This document shows positions 29,983 through 40,324 of a stretch of DNA of 64,000 nt, one piece after another. Source of the DNA: an uncultured Alphaproteobacteria bacterium (GTDB lineage Bacteria > Pseudomonadota > Alphaproteobacteria > HIMB59 > GCA-002718135); assembly GCA_902621725.1 (NCBI GenBank), contig CACNND010000001.1, forward strand, positions 83,726 through 147,725, in the 5' to 3' direction. The first letter of the stretch is position 1; each line of letters begins with the position of its first letter. The translations under genes were made by a program, and so were the position numbers. The notes under the pieces are model-generated. The model saw nothing but the letters and a program-made list of their open reading frames with translations, was not told where the DNA came from and made no database searches.

Positions 29983-30467
29983 TGTTTTCTGATCCTCAGT
30001 TTTGGGTAGCAGTATCTTTTATTTTATTTATTGCAGCTATTTTTAATCCAGTACGCAAAATTCTTACATCTAGTTTAGATGCACAAATAAAAGATATAAA
30101 AAATAAAATAGATGAGGTTGAGAATTTAAAAAATGAGGCTCAAAAAGCTTTGGATGAATTAAAAGAAAGAGAAACTAAGGTAGAAAAGGAAATACAAAAT
30201 CTAAATTTGGAATCTCAAAAAAGAATAGCTGAATTGAAAGATATATCTACCACTAAATTAACTGATCAAATTGAAAAAAGAAAAATATTGGCTGAAAATA
30301 AGATTGAACAATTAGTTCGAGATACCAATAACTCTATAAAAAATTATATTTCAAGTGTTGCAATAGAGGCTACTAAAAATATTCTAATACAAAATCTCAA
30401 TAAGGATAAAAAGTCTGCTTTAATTGAAGAATCTATTACTGAATTTAACTCTGTTTTAAAGAATTAA
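29982..30467 (+). CDS. atpF1: F0 ATP synthase subunit b
   Basis: Same architecture as b'. 1-nt TAATG overlap with the preceding gene. Confidence 0.8.
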   Translation: MFSDPQFWVAVSFILFIAAIFNPVRKILTSSLDAQIKDIKNKIDEVENLKNEAQKALDELKERETKVEKEIQNLNLESQKRIAELKDISTTKLTDQIEKRKILAENKIEQLVRDTNNSIKNYISSVAIEATKNILIQNLNKDKKSALIEESITEFNSVLKN

Positions 30468-30578
30468 AAGTAGATTAATCATTTAAATAATTGAGTATAA
30501 TACTAAGAATTTAATATTAAAGGATTTGCAAAATCTATAGTATTATTAATTAACTGAAATTAATATTATCAAATTTAA

Positions 30579-31520
30579 ATGACTAAAAAACTTAATATCT
30601 TTCTTGCAGGACCTCGAGGTTTTTGTGCAGGAGTAGATAGGGCGATTGAAATGGTTAAGGGCGCTTTAAAAAAATATGGTGCGCCAGTATATGTTCGTCA
30701 TGAAATAGTTCATAATAAATTTGTTGTTGAAAATCTCAAATCGCAGGGAGCTATTTTTGTAGAAGAATTAAATGAGATTGAAGATAAAAGCAGGCCAGTT
30801 ATCTTTTCTGCACATGGTGTTCCAAAAGCAGTACCCGAGGAAGCATTAAGTTTAAATTTAATATATTATGATGCAACATGTCCACTTGTTAGCAAAATTC
30901 ATAAAGAGGTGGAAAATTTTGATAAAAAAAATCTCCCCGTAATTTTAATTGGTCATAGGAATCATCCTGAAGTTATTGGAACTATGGGTCAAACTAATAA
31001 AGAAATTCATTTGGTGGAAAAAGTTGAAGATGTAAAAAATTTACCCTTTGAAAAGAATGATAAGATTGCGTATGTAACCCAAACAACTCTTTCAGTAGAT
31101 GATACGAAAGATATTATAAAAGAGATAAAATTACATTTTAGTAATGTTATAGAGCCAAAAAAAAATGATATTTGTTATGCTACGACGAATAGGCAAGAGG
31201 CTGTTAAAAAAATAGCTAACCAATGTGATTATTTTTTAGTGATTGGCGCAAGTAACTCATCAAATTCTTTAAGATTAGTTGAAGTAGCAAAAAATTATGG
31301 TTCAAAAAAAGCTATTTTAGTAGAAGATGTTGATTCCTTAAATTTAAATATATTTCAAGAATCTGAAAATATAGGAATAACAGCAAGTGCATCATCACCA
31401 GAAGTACTTGTGAGAAAACTTCTTGATAATTTGAAAAAAAATTTTGAAGTTCAAGTAAATGAAGGACATTATCAAAAAGAAGATGTATTTTTTAAAGTTC
31501 CACAAAAGCTGAACGTATAA
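30579..31520 (+). CDS. ispH: 4-hydroxy-3-methylbut-2-enyl diphosphate reductase
   Basis: GPRGFCAGVDRAI with the first cluster Cys, plus the LytB family layout. Confidence 0.95.
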   Translation: MTKKLNIFLAGPRGFCAGVDRAIEMVKGALKKYGAPVYVRHEIVHNKFVVENLKSQGAIFVEELNEIEDKSRPVIFSAHGVPKAVPEEALSLNLIYYDATCPLVSKIHKEVENFDKKNLPVILIGHRNHPEVIGTMGQTNKEIHLVEKVEDVKNLPFEKNDKIAYVTQTTLSVDDTKDIIKEIKLHFSNVIEPKKNDICYATTNRQEAVKKIANQCDYFLVIGASNSSNSLRLVEVAKNYGSKKAILVEDVDSLNLNIFQESENIGITASASSPEVLVRKLLDNLKKNFEVQVNEGHYQKEDVFFKVPQKLNV

Positions 31521-31521
31521 A

Positions 31522-32478
31522 ATGGCGGTCTTTACTAAATTACTCAAAGAAGATATCGAAAACTTTATCTCTGATTACGAAATTGGAAATCTAGAAAGAT
31601 TTGAAGAAATTGTTGATGGTATAGAGAACTCAAATTTTAAAATTTTTTGTAACAATAAACCATATATTTTAACGATTTTTGAAAAAAGAGTGACTGAAGA
31701 AGAATTACCATTTTTTATAAATTTAAAAAACTTTTTAAATAAAAATAATTTTAAATGCCCTAAAGCTATCGTGGATAAAAATGGAAAGACATTAAAAAAA
31801 ATAAAAAATAAAACTGCTGTTATTATTTCTTTTCTAGAAGGTAAAAGTATTGAAAAAGCTAACTCTGAAATGTGCAAAGAAGTTGGAAAGATGGTTGCTA
31901 ACTTACATAATCTTACTGTAAATTTTGATGAAAAAAGACCTAACAGTTTAGACTTAAAAGATTGGAAAAATATTTACACAAAGTGTCTAAATAAGAAATC
32001 TGAAGAATATAATGAAACAATGTATTTGTTAAAAAACGAAATAGATTATTTAGAAAATCATTGGCCAAGCAATATTCCCTGTGGTGTTATTCACGCTGAT
32101 TTGTTTAGAGATAATATTTTTTTTAAAAATGAAAAAATTTCTGGGGTAATAGATTTCTATTTTTCATGTTATTATTTTTATGTGTACGATATAGCTATCG
32201 TTATTAATGATTGGTGCTTTAGTGAAAATGGAAAAAATTTTCACAAACAAAACTGCCTTACAATTCTTGAGGAATATCAAAAATTGAGAAAATTAAGTGA
32301 CCTTGAAAAGGAATCATTAAATATTTTATTAAGAGCTGCAGCTGTTAGAATACTTTCTACAAGAGTACATGACTATATTTTTCATCCACCTAATGCAATC
32401 GTTGTTAAAAAAGATCCATTTGAATATTTTAATATTTTAAAATGGCATCAACAAAATGATATTTTCAATAATGATTAA
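31522..32478 (+). CDS. thrB: Homoserine kinase, type II (aminoglycoside-phosphotransferase fold)
   Basis: APH-type catalytic loop HADLFRDNIFF and VIDFY. ispH-thrB-rnhA synteny is typical of Alphaproteobacteria. Confidence 0.85.
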   Translation: MAVFTKLLKEDIENFISDYEIGNLERFEEIVDGIENSNFKIFCNNKPYILTIFEKRVTEEELPFFINLKNFLNKNNFKCPKAIVDKNGKTLKKIKNKTAVIISFLEGKSIEKANSEMCKEVGKMVANLHNLTVNFDEKRPNSLDLKDWKNIYTKCLNKKSEEYNETMYLLKNEIDYLENHWPSNIPCGVIHADLFRDNIFFKNEKISGVIDFYFSCYYFYVYDIAIVINDWCFSENGKNFHKQNCLTILEEYQKLRKLSDLEKESLNILLRAAAVRILSTRVHDYIFHPPNAIVVKKDPFEYFNILKWHQQNDIFNND

Positions 32479-32899
32479 TATTTACACTGATGGTGCATGT
32501 TCTGGTAACCCTGGTATAGGTGGATGGGGAGTTGTAATTTTAATTAATAAGCAAGAGATTCTATTAAATGGCGGAGACCAACTTACAACTAATAATAAAA
32601 TGGAACTTACAGCGGCAATTAAAGCACTGGGGTATTTTGAGACAAAAAAAGATTTAACCATTTATACAGACAGCAAATATGTAAAGGATGGAATTGAATC
32701 CTGGATTATAAATTGGAAAAAAAATGGATGGAAGACATCAACAAAAAAAATAGTGAAAAATAAAGAATTATGGATTCAATTAGATAATCTGATGAATCAA
32801 CATAATGTAACTTGGAAGTGGGTTAAGGGTCACGCAGGTTTCGAATTTAATGAGAAAGCTGATGAACTGGCAAGGAAATATATTGAAAGTAATATTTAG
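32471..32899 (+). CDS. rnhA: Ribonuclease HI
   Basis: IYTDGACSGNPGIGGWG, TNNKMELTA, DSKYV. I prefer the ATG at 32471 (8-nt overlap with thrB). The track start is 32456. Confidence 0.9.
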   Translation: MINIYTDGACSGNPGIGGWGVVILINKQEILLNGGDQLTTNNKMELTAAIKALGYFETKKDLTIYTDSKYVKDGIESWIINWKKNGWKTSTKKIVKNKELWIQLDNLMNQHNVTWKWVKGHAGFEFNEKADELARKYIESNI

Positions 32900-33446
32900 T
32901 TTATTTTTTATTTTTCTGTATTGTAAACAGATTGTTGCAAATGATTTATGGACTATAGATAAAAATATTTCTAGTATAGAATTTGAAGTTCCAGTTTTGT
33001 TTGCAAAAAATGTTACTGGTAAATTCAATACATTTGATGGTTTCGTTTCATTGGATTTGTCTAATCAAAATAATAATAAAGCGCTTATAAATGTTGGTAT
33101 TGATAGTTTAGATTTAAATTATAAACGGTATAAAGATTTAGTTCTTAGTGAGGTTTTTTTTGATGCAAAAAAATTTCCTTTGGGACTGATTGATACAAAT
33201 AATTTTAAATTTAATTATGAAGATAATAAGATTAATTTAATAGGTGAATTGACAATAAAAGGTAAAAGTCAAAATATTCCTATTGATATTGAAGTAATAA
33301 AATTAGCTAGTGAGTTGGTTCAGGTAAAAAGTGAAATATCTTTTTCTAGAAATGACTTTGAAATTGGCACTGGTAATTGGAAAAATACATCAATTCTTAA
33401 AGATGAAATAAAAATAAAAGCAAATATTTTTCTTTTTAAAGAATAG
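32850..33446 (+). CDS. YceI-family periplasmic polyisoprenoid-binding-like protein
   Basis: Signal peptide and the YceI pattern (IDKNISSIEFEV....VTGKFNTFDG). The true start may be the TTG at 32883, preceded by AAGGAA, which would shorten the overlap with rnhA. Confidence 0.75.
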   Translation: MRKLMNWQGNILKVIFSLFFIFLYCKQIVANDLWTIDKNISSIEFEVPVLFAKNVTGKFNTFDGFVSLDLSNQNNNKALINVGIDSLDLNYKRYKDLVLSEVFFDAKKFPLGLIDTNNFKFNYEDNKINLIGELTIKGKSQNIPIDIEVIKLASELVQVKSEISFSRNDFEIGTGNWKNTSILKDEIKIKANIFLFKE

Positions 33447-33451
33447 TTAAT

Positions 33452-34228
33452 TTACCTAAGTGTATATCCTCCATCTATAACTAATACTTCACCTGTAATG
33501 TAACTTGAAGCAGGGCTACATAAAAAAAGTGCTGCAGATGCAATTTCACTTGGTTTGCCCATTCTTTTAAGAGGTGTCATGCTATTCCACGTTTCATACC
33601 AATGTTCATTTTCTTTAGTTAATTTAGTCATTTCTGTATCGATATAACCGGGTGCAATAGCGTTCACACGGATATTATTTTCAGCAAAATCACTTGCTAA
33701 ACTTTTTGTTAACATATGTACTGCAGCTTTTGATGCATTATAAGCCACTTGAGGCTGAGGAATATTTGATACTAATCCAGATATTGAACCTATGTTTAAA
33801 ATTGCTCCTTCACCTTGTTTTTTCATTTGTGGTAAAACAGAACGACACATCCTAAAAACAGAATCAACATTTGTATTCATAATTTTATCTAATAATTTAT
33901 CATCAAATTCTTCCATAGTACCATGTTGAGCAACACCAGCATTGTTAACTAATATATCAATTGAATTATATTTTTCTAAAACAAAATTTATAATTTTTTG
34001 AGGCTCATTAGGATCAGTAATATCACCTTGTAAGAAAGAAACATCATAATTTGCATCTTTAAGACTTTTGAGTCCAGAATATTTATCTGTTCTACTAGTG
34101 ACAATTATCTTTGCGCCAGCCTCTCCAAGAGCGTGTGCAATAGATAGACCAATTCCTCTTGTTCCACCTGTTACAATAGCAACTTTATTAGTTAATTTAA
34201 AATGATCAAAAATCATCAATACATACAA
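33452..34228 (-). CDS. Short-chain dehydrogenase/reductase (sugar or polyol type)
   Basis: TGGTRGIG, NNAG, and the YxxxK triad (YNASKAA). Confidence 0.85.
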   Translation of the reverse strand: MYVLMIFDHFKLTNKVAIVTGGTRGIGLSIAHALGEAGAKIIVTSRTDKYSGLKSLKDANYDVSFLQGDITDPNEPQKIINFVLEKYNSIDILVNNAGVAQHGTMEEFDDKLLDKIMNTNVDSVFRMCRSVLPQMKKQGEGAILNIGSISGLVSNIPQPQVAYNASKAAVHMLTKSLASDFAENNIRVNAIAPGYIDTEMTKLTKENEHWYETWNSMTPLKRMGKPSEIASAALFLCSPASSYITGEVLVIDGGYTLR

Positions 34229-34302
34229 TATGTTAACAAAGTAGAAATTTCATTAAAAATTATAATAATTTACATTTAAAAATATGCTATTTATTAACAA
34301 AC

Positions 34303-35340
34303 ATGAAAGCATTAGTTTTAGAAAAAAAACTTGAATTGAATTTAAGAGATATAGATTTACCAAACAAGGTTGGTTCAAATGATGTAAAAATCAATATGCA
34401 TACTGTTGGTATATGTGGTTCAGATATTCACTATTATAAGCATGGAAAAATTGGGCAATGGCATGTTAATGCACCAATGGTTTTGGGACATGAAGGCTCA
34501 GGAACAATTATCGAAGTAGGTACAAATGTAAAAGATTTAAAAGTGGGTGACAGAGTTTGTGTTGAACCTCAGATTGTTAGTAAAAGTACAAAAGAATATA
34601 AACTTGGTATTTATAATTATGATCAAAAAGTAAAATTTTGGGCTACACCACCTATTCATGGTTGTTTAACACCTGAGGTTGTATTTCCAAGTGATATGGT
34701 TTTTAAAATACCAGACAATCTCTCTTATGCTGAAGGAGCAATGGTTGAGCCTTTAGCAGTAGGTATGCAAGGAGTAACAAAAGCAAAAATAAAACCTGGT
34801 CAAATTGGATTAGTAATGGGATGTGGGCCAATAGGATTGGTTACAGCCCTTGCCGCTTTAGCTGGAGGATGTGCAAAAGTTTATATTGCTGACATTTTAA
34901 GTGAAAAATTAAAAATGTGTGATTATTATCCTGATATTATTCCCATAGATATATCCAAAGAAAATTTAGAAACAAAAATTATGGATGAAACTAATGGATG
35001 GGGAGTTGATAGGTTTTTTGAATGTAGCGGAGCAGTAAAAGCATATGAAGCTATTTTTACTTGCTGTTCACCTGGCGCACATGTTGTCTTAATTGGAAAT
35101 AATGCTGAACCAGTACCAATGAATTGGGCTATACTATTTTCTAAAGGTCTTGAGTTTCAAACTGTGCATAGGTATTCACATCAATATGAACCATCAATAA
35201 GACTACTTGAACGGGGAAAAATTGATGTTAAGCCGATGATTACACATACCTTTAAATTTGAAGAAAGTGTTGAAGCATTTTTACGAGCAGCAGAACATAG
35301 ACCCACCGATGTAAAGCTTCAAATAAAAATTGATGAATAG
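34303..35340 (+). CDS. Zn-dependent sorbitol/L-idonate-type dehydrogenase (MDR family)
   Basis: GICGSDIHYY, VLGHEGSG, and the GxGxxG loop (GCGPIG). Confidence 0.85.
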   Translation: MKALVLEKKLELNLRDIDLPNKVGSNDVKINMHTVGICGSDIHYYKHGKIGQWHVNAPMVLGHEGSGTIIEVGTNVKDLKVGDRVCVEPQIVSKSTKEYKLGIYNYDQKVKFWATPPIHGCLTPEVVFPSDMVFKIPDNLSYAEGAMVEPLAVGMQGVTKAKIKPGQIGLVMGCGPIGLVTALAALAGGCAKVYIADILSEKLKMCDYYPDIIPIDISKENLETKIMDETNGWGVDRFFECSGAVKAYEAIFTCCSPGAHVVLIGNNAEPVPMNWAILFSKGLEFQTVHRYSHQYEPSIRLLERGKIDVKPMITHTFKFEESVEAFLRAAEHRPTDVKLQIKIDE

Positions 35341-36736
35341 AGGTGAACTAACTATTTCATCTTTTAATAGAGAAAATTGTAAGACAGGTATTGTTCATCT
35401 TGGTGTAGGAAATTTTCATAGAGCTCATCAAGCAAACTACATAGATGAATATCTTAATATATCTAATAATATAAATTGGGGAATATGTGGAATTAATTTA
35501 AGAAAAGAAGATAGCAAAAATTTTGAAAATCTAAAATTAAGAAAAGGGAAATATATCCTGAAAACAATTTCTACTTCAGGAGACGAAAAATATAAAGACA
35601 TCAATTCGATTATAAAATTAATAGACTGGAGTAAGGATAAAGATGAAGCTGAGGGTATTCTTTCAAATCCAGATATAAAATTAGTTACAATGACAATTAC
35701 CGAAAGCGGTTACTATATTAATGAAAAAAATAAATTAAATCTAAATTTAGAACTTATTAAGAATAATATTCAAGGAAAAGAAAACAATATAATTTACTCT
35801 TTTCTTATGGCAGCTTTAAAAAAAAGAATGCTATCTATAAATAAAAAAATCACTTTGCTATGCTGTGATAATATTAGAGAAAATGGAAAAATGTTACAAG
35901 ACTGTTTAAAACAATATTTATCAGCATCTAAAGAATTTGAACTTTTAGAATGGATAGAAGAAAATGTCAGTTTTCCTTCTTGTGTTGTTGATCGAATTAC
36001 TCCTAGAACACCTGAATTTTTAAAATCTGATATAATGGAAAAATTTAATTTGAAGGAAAATTGTGGTGTGATAGCTGAACCCTTTATTCAATGGATAGTA
36101 GAGGATAACTTCATAAATGAAAGACCAAAGCTTGAAGATGTTGGTGTGAAGTTTGTGAAGGATGTATTTCCCTATGAAGAAGCTAAGATTAGAATTCTAA
36201 ATGGAGCTCACTTAGCATTAAGTTATTTTGGAGCACTAAAAGGTTATACAACTTATGATGAAGCAATATCAGATAAAAATTTAGAACAATTTTTCTTTGA
36301 AATTCAACAAAAGGAAATATTACCAGCGCTTGTTCATAAACCCTTTGATTTAGAAGAATATATGATCACAATTTATGAAAGATTTAAAAATAAAAATATT
36401 GCTGATAAATTAGAAAGAATTGCAATGGATGGTGTAGGTAAATTTCCTATATTTATATTGCCAACTATACATAATTGCTTTGAAAAAAATATTATTCCTG
36501 AAAATTGTATTGATGCAATTGCAAGTTGGTATGTTTTTATGTTAAAAATTAAAGATAAAAAATTAAGTTTTGAATACTATGAACCAAGTTGGGAATGGAT
36601 CAAATATTATCTAGAAGAAAATAAAATTGTTGAATTTACAAATTGTGTAGAACTATGGGGCAACACACCAAAAAAATTTTCTTTGTTTTCTGAAATTTTA
36701 GAAAAAAAAATAAATTTTTTAAAAGATATTTATTAA
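35330..36736 (+). CDS. Mannitol dehydrogenase family oxidoreductase (long-chain polyol dehydrogenase)
   Basis: IVHLGVGNFHRAHQA N-terminal motif and CVVDRITP in the C-terminal domain. Confidence 0.8.
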   Translation: MMNRGELTISSFNRENCKTGIVHLGVGNFHRAHQANYIDEYLNISNNINWGICGINLRKEDSKNFENLKLRKGKYILKTISTSGDEKYKDINSIIKLIDWSKDKDEAEGILSNPDIKLVTMTITESGYYINEKNKLNLNLELIKNNIQGKENNIIYSFLMAALKKRMLSINKKITLLCCDNIRENGKMLQDCLKQYLSASKEFELLEWIEENVSFPSCVVDRITPRTPEFLKSDIMEKFNLKENCGVIAEPFIQWIVEDNFINERPKLEDVGVKFVKDVFPYEEAKIRILNGAHLALSYFGALKGYTTYDEAISDKNLEQFFFEIQQKEILPALVHKPFDLEEYMITIYERFKNKNIADKLERIAMDGVGKFPIFILPTIHNCFEKNIIPENCIDAIASWYVFMLKIKDKKLSFEYYEPSWEWIKYYLEENKIVEFTNCVELWGNTPKKFSLFSEILEKKINFLKDIY

Positions 36737-38217
36737 AAATTCAAATTTTGAGCAATTTTTTTGTTAATGTTGTATAAATCTTTCCAAATAGCATATCTTC
36801 GTAACAAAATATCCATATTATGTTTCTTCGGTTCATAAATTTTACTTATTTTTATTTCACTAACAATTTTTTCTTTATTATTCGTTGTATCATCCTGAAA
36901 CATTGCTAATCTTGCAACACCAAGTGCCGCACCAAATTCACTTTGATCACAAACACTTAGTTTTCTATTTAATAGTGATGCAAGCAATTCAATCCAGAAT
37001 GAACTTTTTGAACCTCCTCCGACCATGTATATGTTATCAAAGTTATTGTTAACTTTTAAAATAGAATTTACTCCATCTAATATACCAAAACTAATACCCT
37101 CAATTACTGCATACTGTAAATCTGTTGCATTTGTTGTTGTTTTAATAGAGTGAAATGATCCTCTAATATGTGGATCATTATGAGGAGTTCTCTCTCCAGA
37201 GAGATAGGGTAAAAAGTAGGAAGAATTATTTATAGTATCTCCATCTGCATAAAATTTTTCTACATTATTAAGTGTTTCTGCAATTGAAGTGTTTGTAACA
37301 GCACAGATCCAATCCAAACAATTACTTGCACTTAACATAACTGACATCAAATGCCATTTATTAGGTAAACAATGACAAAATGAATGTACTGCATCTCCGG
37401 TATTACTTAAAAAACTCTCAGTAGGCGTAAAAAAAACTCCTGAAGTACCAAGAGATATAAATGACTGATTTTTATTTGTTATGCCCATACCAGTTGCTGC
37501 AGCTGCATTATCACCCGCTCCACCAACAACTTTAACATTATTATTAAAATTAAATTTATCTTTTAACTCTTTTTTTAAATAACCTGTAAGCTCATTGCCT
37601 TCCACAAGATTGGGCATATGTTTTTCTTCTAAAAACGAGCATGATAAAAGTTTATTAGACCATTTCCTATGTTTTATGTCTAACCATAATGTGCCAGATG
37701 CATCTGACATTTCAGAAAAAAATTCACCAGTAAGAATAAATCTTAAATAATCTTTTGGTAATAAAACTTTGAAAATTTTTCGAAAATTATCTATTTCATT
37801 GTTTTTAATCCAATTTATTTTTGGAGCAGTAAAACCAGGCATAGTAATATTTCCTGAGATTGATCTTACATCAAAGTTTTGTTTTTCAAATTCTTCACAC
37901 TCTTGATGTGATCTAGTATCATTCCAAAGAATACATGGTCTAATAACATTTCCATCCTTATCAATTAAAGTAGCTCCATGCATATGTCCTGATATGCCTA
38001 GAGAAACTGTTTGCGAAAACTCATTTGGTTTTTTTAGTTTCAAAGCTTCAAAACATTTCATTGTCGAGTCAATCCATTCTTGTGGATTTTGCTCACTAAA
38101 ACCATCTTTTGGAGATTGTACTGTGAGACTTGAAGTAGCTGTAGCAAGGATTTTTTGGTTTTGATCAATTAAAATCATTTTAATTGAAGAAGTACCAAGA
38201 TCTATTCCAATAAACAT
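36733..38217 (-). CDS. xylB: Xylulokinase (FGGY family)
   Basis: MFIGIDLGTSSIK start and the GGGSKS motif. It sits in a polyol-dehydrogenase context. Convergent 4-nt overlap with the preceding gene. Confidence 0.8.
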   Translation of the reverse strand: MFIGIDLGTSSIKMILIDQNQKILATATSSLTVQSPKDGFSEQNPQEWIDSTMKCFEALKLKKPNEFSQTVSLGISGHMHGATLIDKDGNVIRPCILWNDTRSHQECEEFEKQNFDVRSISGNITMPGFTAPKINWIKNNEIDNFRKIFKVLLPKDYLRFILTGEFFSEMSDASGTLWLDIKHRKWSNKLLSCSFLEEKHMPNLVEGNELTGYLKKELKDKFNFNNNVKVVGGAGDNAAAATGMGITNKNQSFISLGTSGVFFTPTESFLSNTGDAVHSFCHCLPNKWHLMSVMLSASNCLDWICAVTNTSIAETLNNVEKFYADGDTINNSSYFLPYLSGERTPHNDPHIRGSFHSIKTTTNATDLQYAVIEGISFGILDGVNSILKVNNNFDNIYMVGGGSKSSFWIELLASLLNRKLSVCDQSEFGAALGVARLAMFQDDTTNNKEKIVSEIKISKIYEPKKHNMDILLRRYAIWKDLYNINKKIAQNLNF

Positions 38218-38266
38218 TATGAAATTTATAACATTAATATTTTAAATCATACAAAGAAAATTAGGG

Positions 38267-39127
38267 TTACTTGTAAGAATACCTAAATATAAATACACCA
38301 GATGCAACAATAATAATTGCTCCAATAATTGTAAATATATCTGGTATTTCTTTATATACAATTAGACCAAAAAATATTGCCCAAACTATTATTGTATAAT
38401 TATAGGGTGCTAATACACTTGCAGGAGTGATACTTAATGCCTTAATTTGTAAAAATAAACCCATACAAAAAAAGAAGCCTAAGAATATAAAGAATATAAA
38501 AGAAAATGAATGAAGAGGTTGCCAAAAAAATAGTGATAATATGGAAGTTATTATGACACCTATAAGACCGTTATAGAATAGCATTGTCTCGTTATCATCA
38601 TACTGAGCATTTAATCTTGTTGCTATTTGAAACAGTGAGTAGAAAAAAGCTGCAAGTAAGGGAATAACAAGATACGGATTAAATATTGTTAAGCCTGGGC
38701 GCATAATGAGAAGAACGCCAAAAAAACTAATTCCAATTGCTATCCAAGTAGCTAAATTGATTTTTTCTTTTAAAATTAGATAAGAAAAAAAGACAACTAA
38801 TACTGGTGATAATGATCCAATTGTGTGTGCATCTGCAAGAGCTAAATACCTAAATGATAATACAAAAAAACAAGCCTCACAAACAGATAGGACACACCTA
38901 GTAATTTGTATCTTATAATTATTTGATAGATAATATTTTTTTACATTATTTTTTTTTGCAATAAAAAAAGAAAAAATAAGACAAAAAGTATATTTTACAA
39001 ATAATAGCACAAAAACTGAATGATACTGAACAGCTGTTTTTTGAATTGTGTCTAAGATACCAAAAGATAAATAAGTTAAAAGTATTAAAATGATTCCATA
39101 GCTATATGGATTTGATCTGTTATTCAT
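38267..39127 (-). CDS. EamA/DMT family transporter
   Basis: 286 aa, 10 TM helices, two EamA-like halves. Confidence 0.8.
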   Translation of the reverse strand: MNNRSNPYSYGIILILLTYLSFGILDTIQKTAVQYHSVFVLLFVKYTFCLIFSFFIAKKNNVKKYYLSNNYKIQITRCVLSVCEACFFVLSFRYLALADAHTIGSLSPVLVVFFSYLILKEKINLATWIAIGISFFGVLLIMRPGLTIFNPYLVIPLLAAFFYSLFQIATRLNAQYDDNETMLFYNGLIGVIITSILSLFFWQPLHSFSFIFFIFLGFFFCMGLFLQIKALSITPASVLAPYNYTIIVWAIFFGLIVYKEIPDIFTIIGAIIIVASGVFIFRYSYK

Positions 39128-40317
39128 TTTATGTTTTTGAAAATGTTATTATAAAAGTCTTTTTTAATATTTTTCTCGGCATCTAAAATTTGCATCATTA
39201 AGACTGCAGATAAATCATTAATTGGATCAACTAAGAAATACGTAGCTGCGTATCCTGACCAACCAAATTCACCAATAACACCAAATTTGTTTTGTGGTGT
39301 GTTATTCATCAAAACTCTAAATCCTAGGCCCCATCCATATCCATCTAAATCATTTTCATAATTTTCATCTTTGATTGTATTTGTTGATGTTATTTCTATG
39401 GGCAATAAGTTTCTATTTAATGAATTACGACGCATAGATTGAAGAGTTTCCCTATTTACCAGTGGATTAGCATTTTTATCTTTGCCATTAATAAGCATGG
39501 TAGCAAATTTAATATAATCTGCAGCAGTTGAAAATAAACCATGTCCACCCCTACAGTAATTTTCATTATTTGCAGGGTATCCGTATAAAATTAGTTTTCT
39601 TGAAGCCAAAGTTAAGTCAGTTAATTTTGATTTAACACTATTATATTCAAAAGTTTCAACTAAATTTTTATTTTTATCTTCACTAATAGAAAAATTTGTA
39701 TCGTTCATTTCTAATGGATAAAAGATATTCTCTTTTAAAATATTTAATAACTTATCTTTTGTTACAACTTCTAGAATTCTGGCTAATATATCTATAGAAA
39801 TAGAATAATGCCATTCTAATCCTGGTTCATAAAGTAGTGGTAATCCAGAAATGTTATCAATTTCTTCTTCTAAACTTCTTGAAGATGAGTGAAACAACTT
39901 CTTTTCTTCATAAGCTTCAGCTAAAAAATTATTACTACTATTATAAGTAAAGCCTGCAGTATGTTGCAAAAGCTGTCTTACTGTAGGGGTTCTATCTATT
40001 TTTATAGTATCGTATAATTTACTTGTTAATGATTTTAGTTTTTTTAGATTTTTAAAATTTGGTAAATATTTATCTATAGTATCATCAAGAGATAAGAAAT
40101 TTTTTTCTATTAATTGCATTGCTGCAAAACCAACAATTGGTTTAGTCATGGACCAAATTCTATAAAATGAATGTTTATTAAGTTTATTTTTTTTAACTAA
40201 ATCATTAAATCCGATTGCTTCATGATAAATATTATTTTTATGATTTATTATCCATTCAGCACCATTACATCTTCCATCATCAATATGTTTTTGAAAATCT
40301 AATCTAATATTATCCAT
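39124..40317 (-). CDS. Beta-lactamase-fold serine hydrolase (class C/esterase-like)
   Basis: SMTKP (SxxK nucleophile motif) near residue 56 and YS (YxN-like) downstream. No signal peptide. Confidence 0.75.
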   Translation of the reverse strand: MDNIRLDFQKHIDDGRCNGAEWIINHKNNIYHEAIGFNDLVKKNKLNKHSFYRIWSMTKPIVGFAAMQLIEKNFLSLDDTIDKYLPNFKNLKKLKSLTSKLYDTIKIDRTPTVRQLLQHTAGFTYNSSNNFLAEAYEEKKLFHSSSRSLEEEIDNISGLPLLYEPGLEWHYSISIDILARILEVVTKDKLLNILKENIFYPLEMNDTNFSISEDKNKNLVETFEYNSVKSKLTDLTLASRKLILYGYPANNENYCRGGHGLFSTAADYIKFATMLINGKDKNANPLVNRETLQSMRRNSLNRNLLPIEITSTNTIKDENYENDLDGYGWGLGFRVLMNNTPQNKFGVIGEFGWSGYAATYFLVDPINDLSAVLMMQILDAEKNIKKDFYNNIFKNIK

Positions 40318-40324
40318 AAATGGA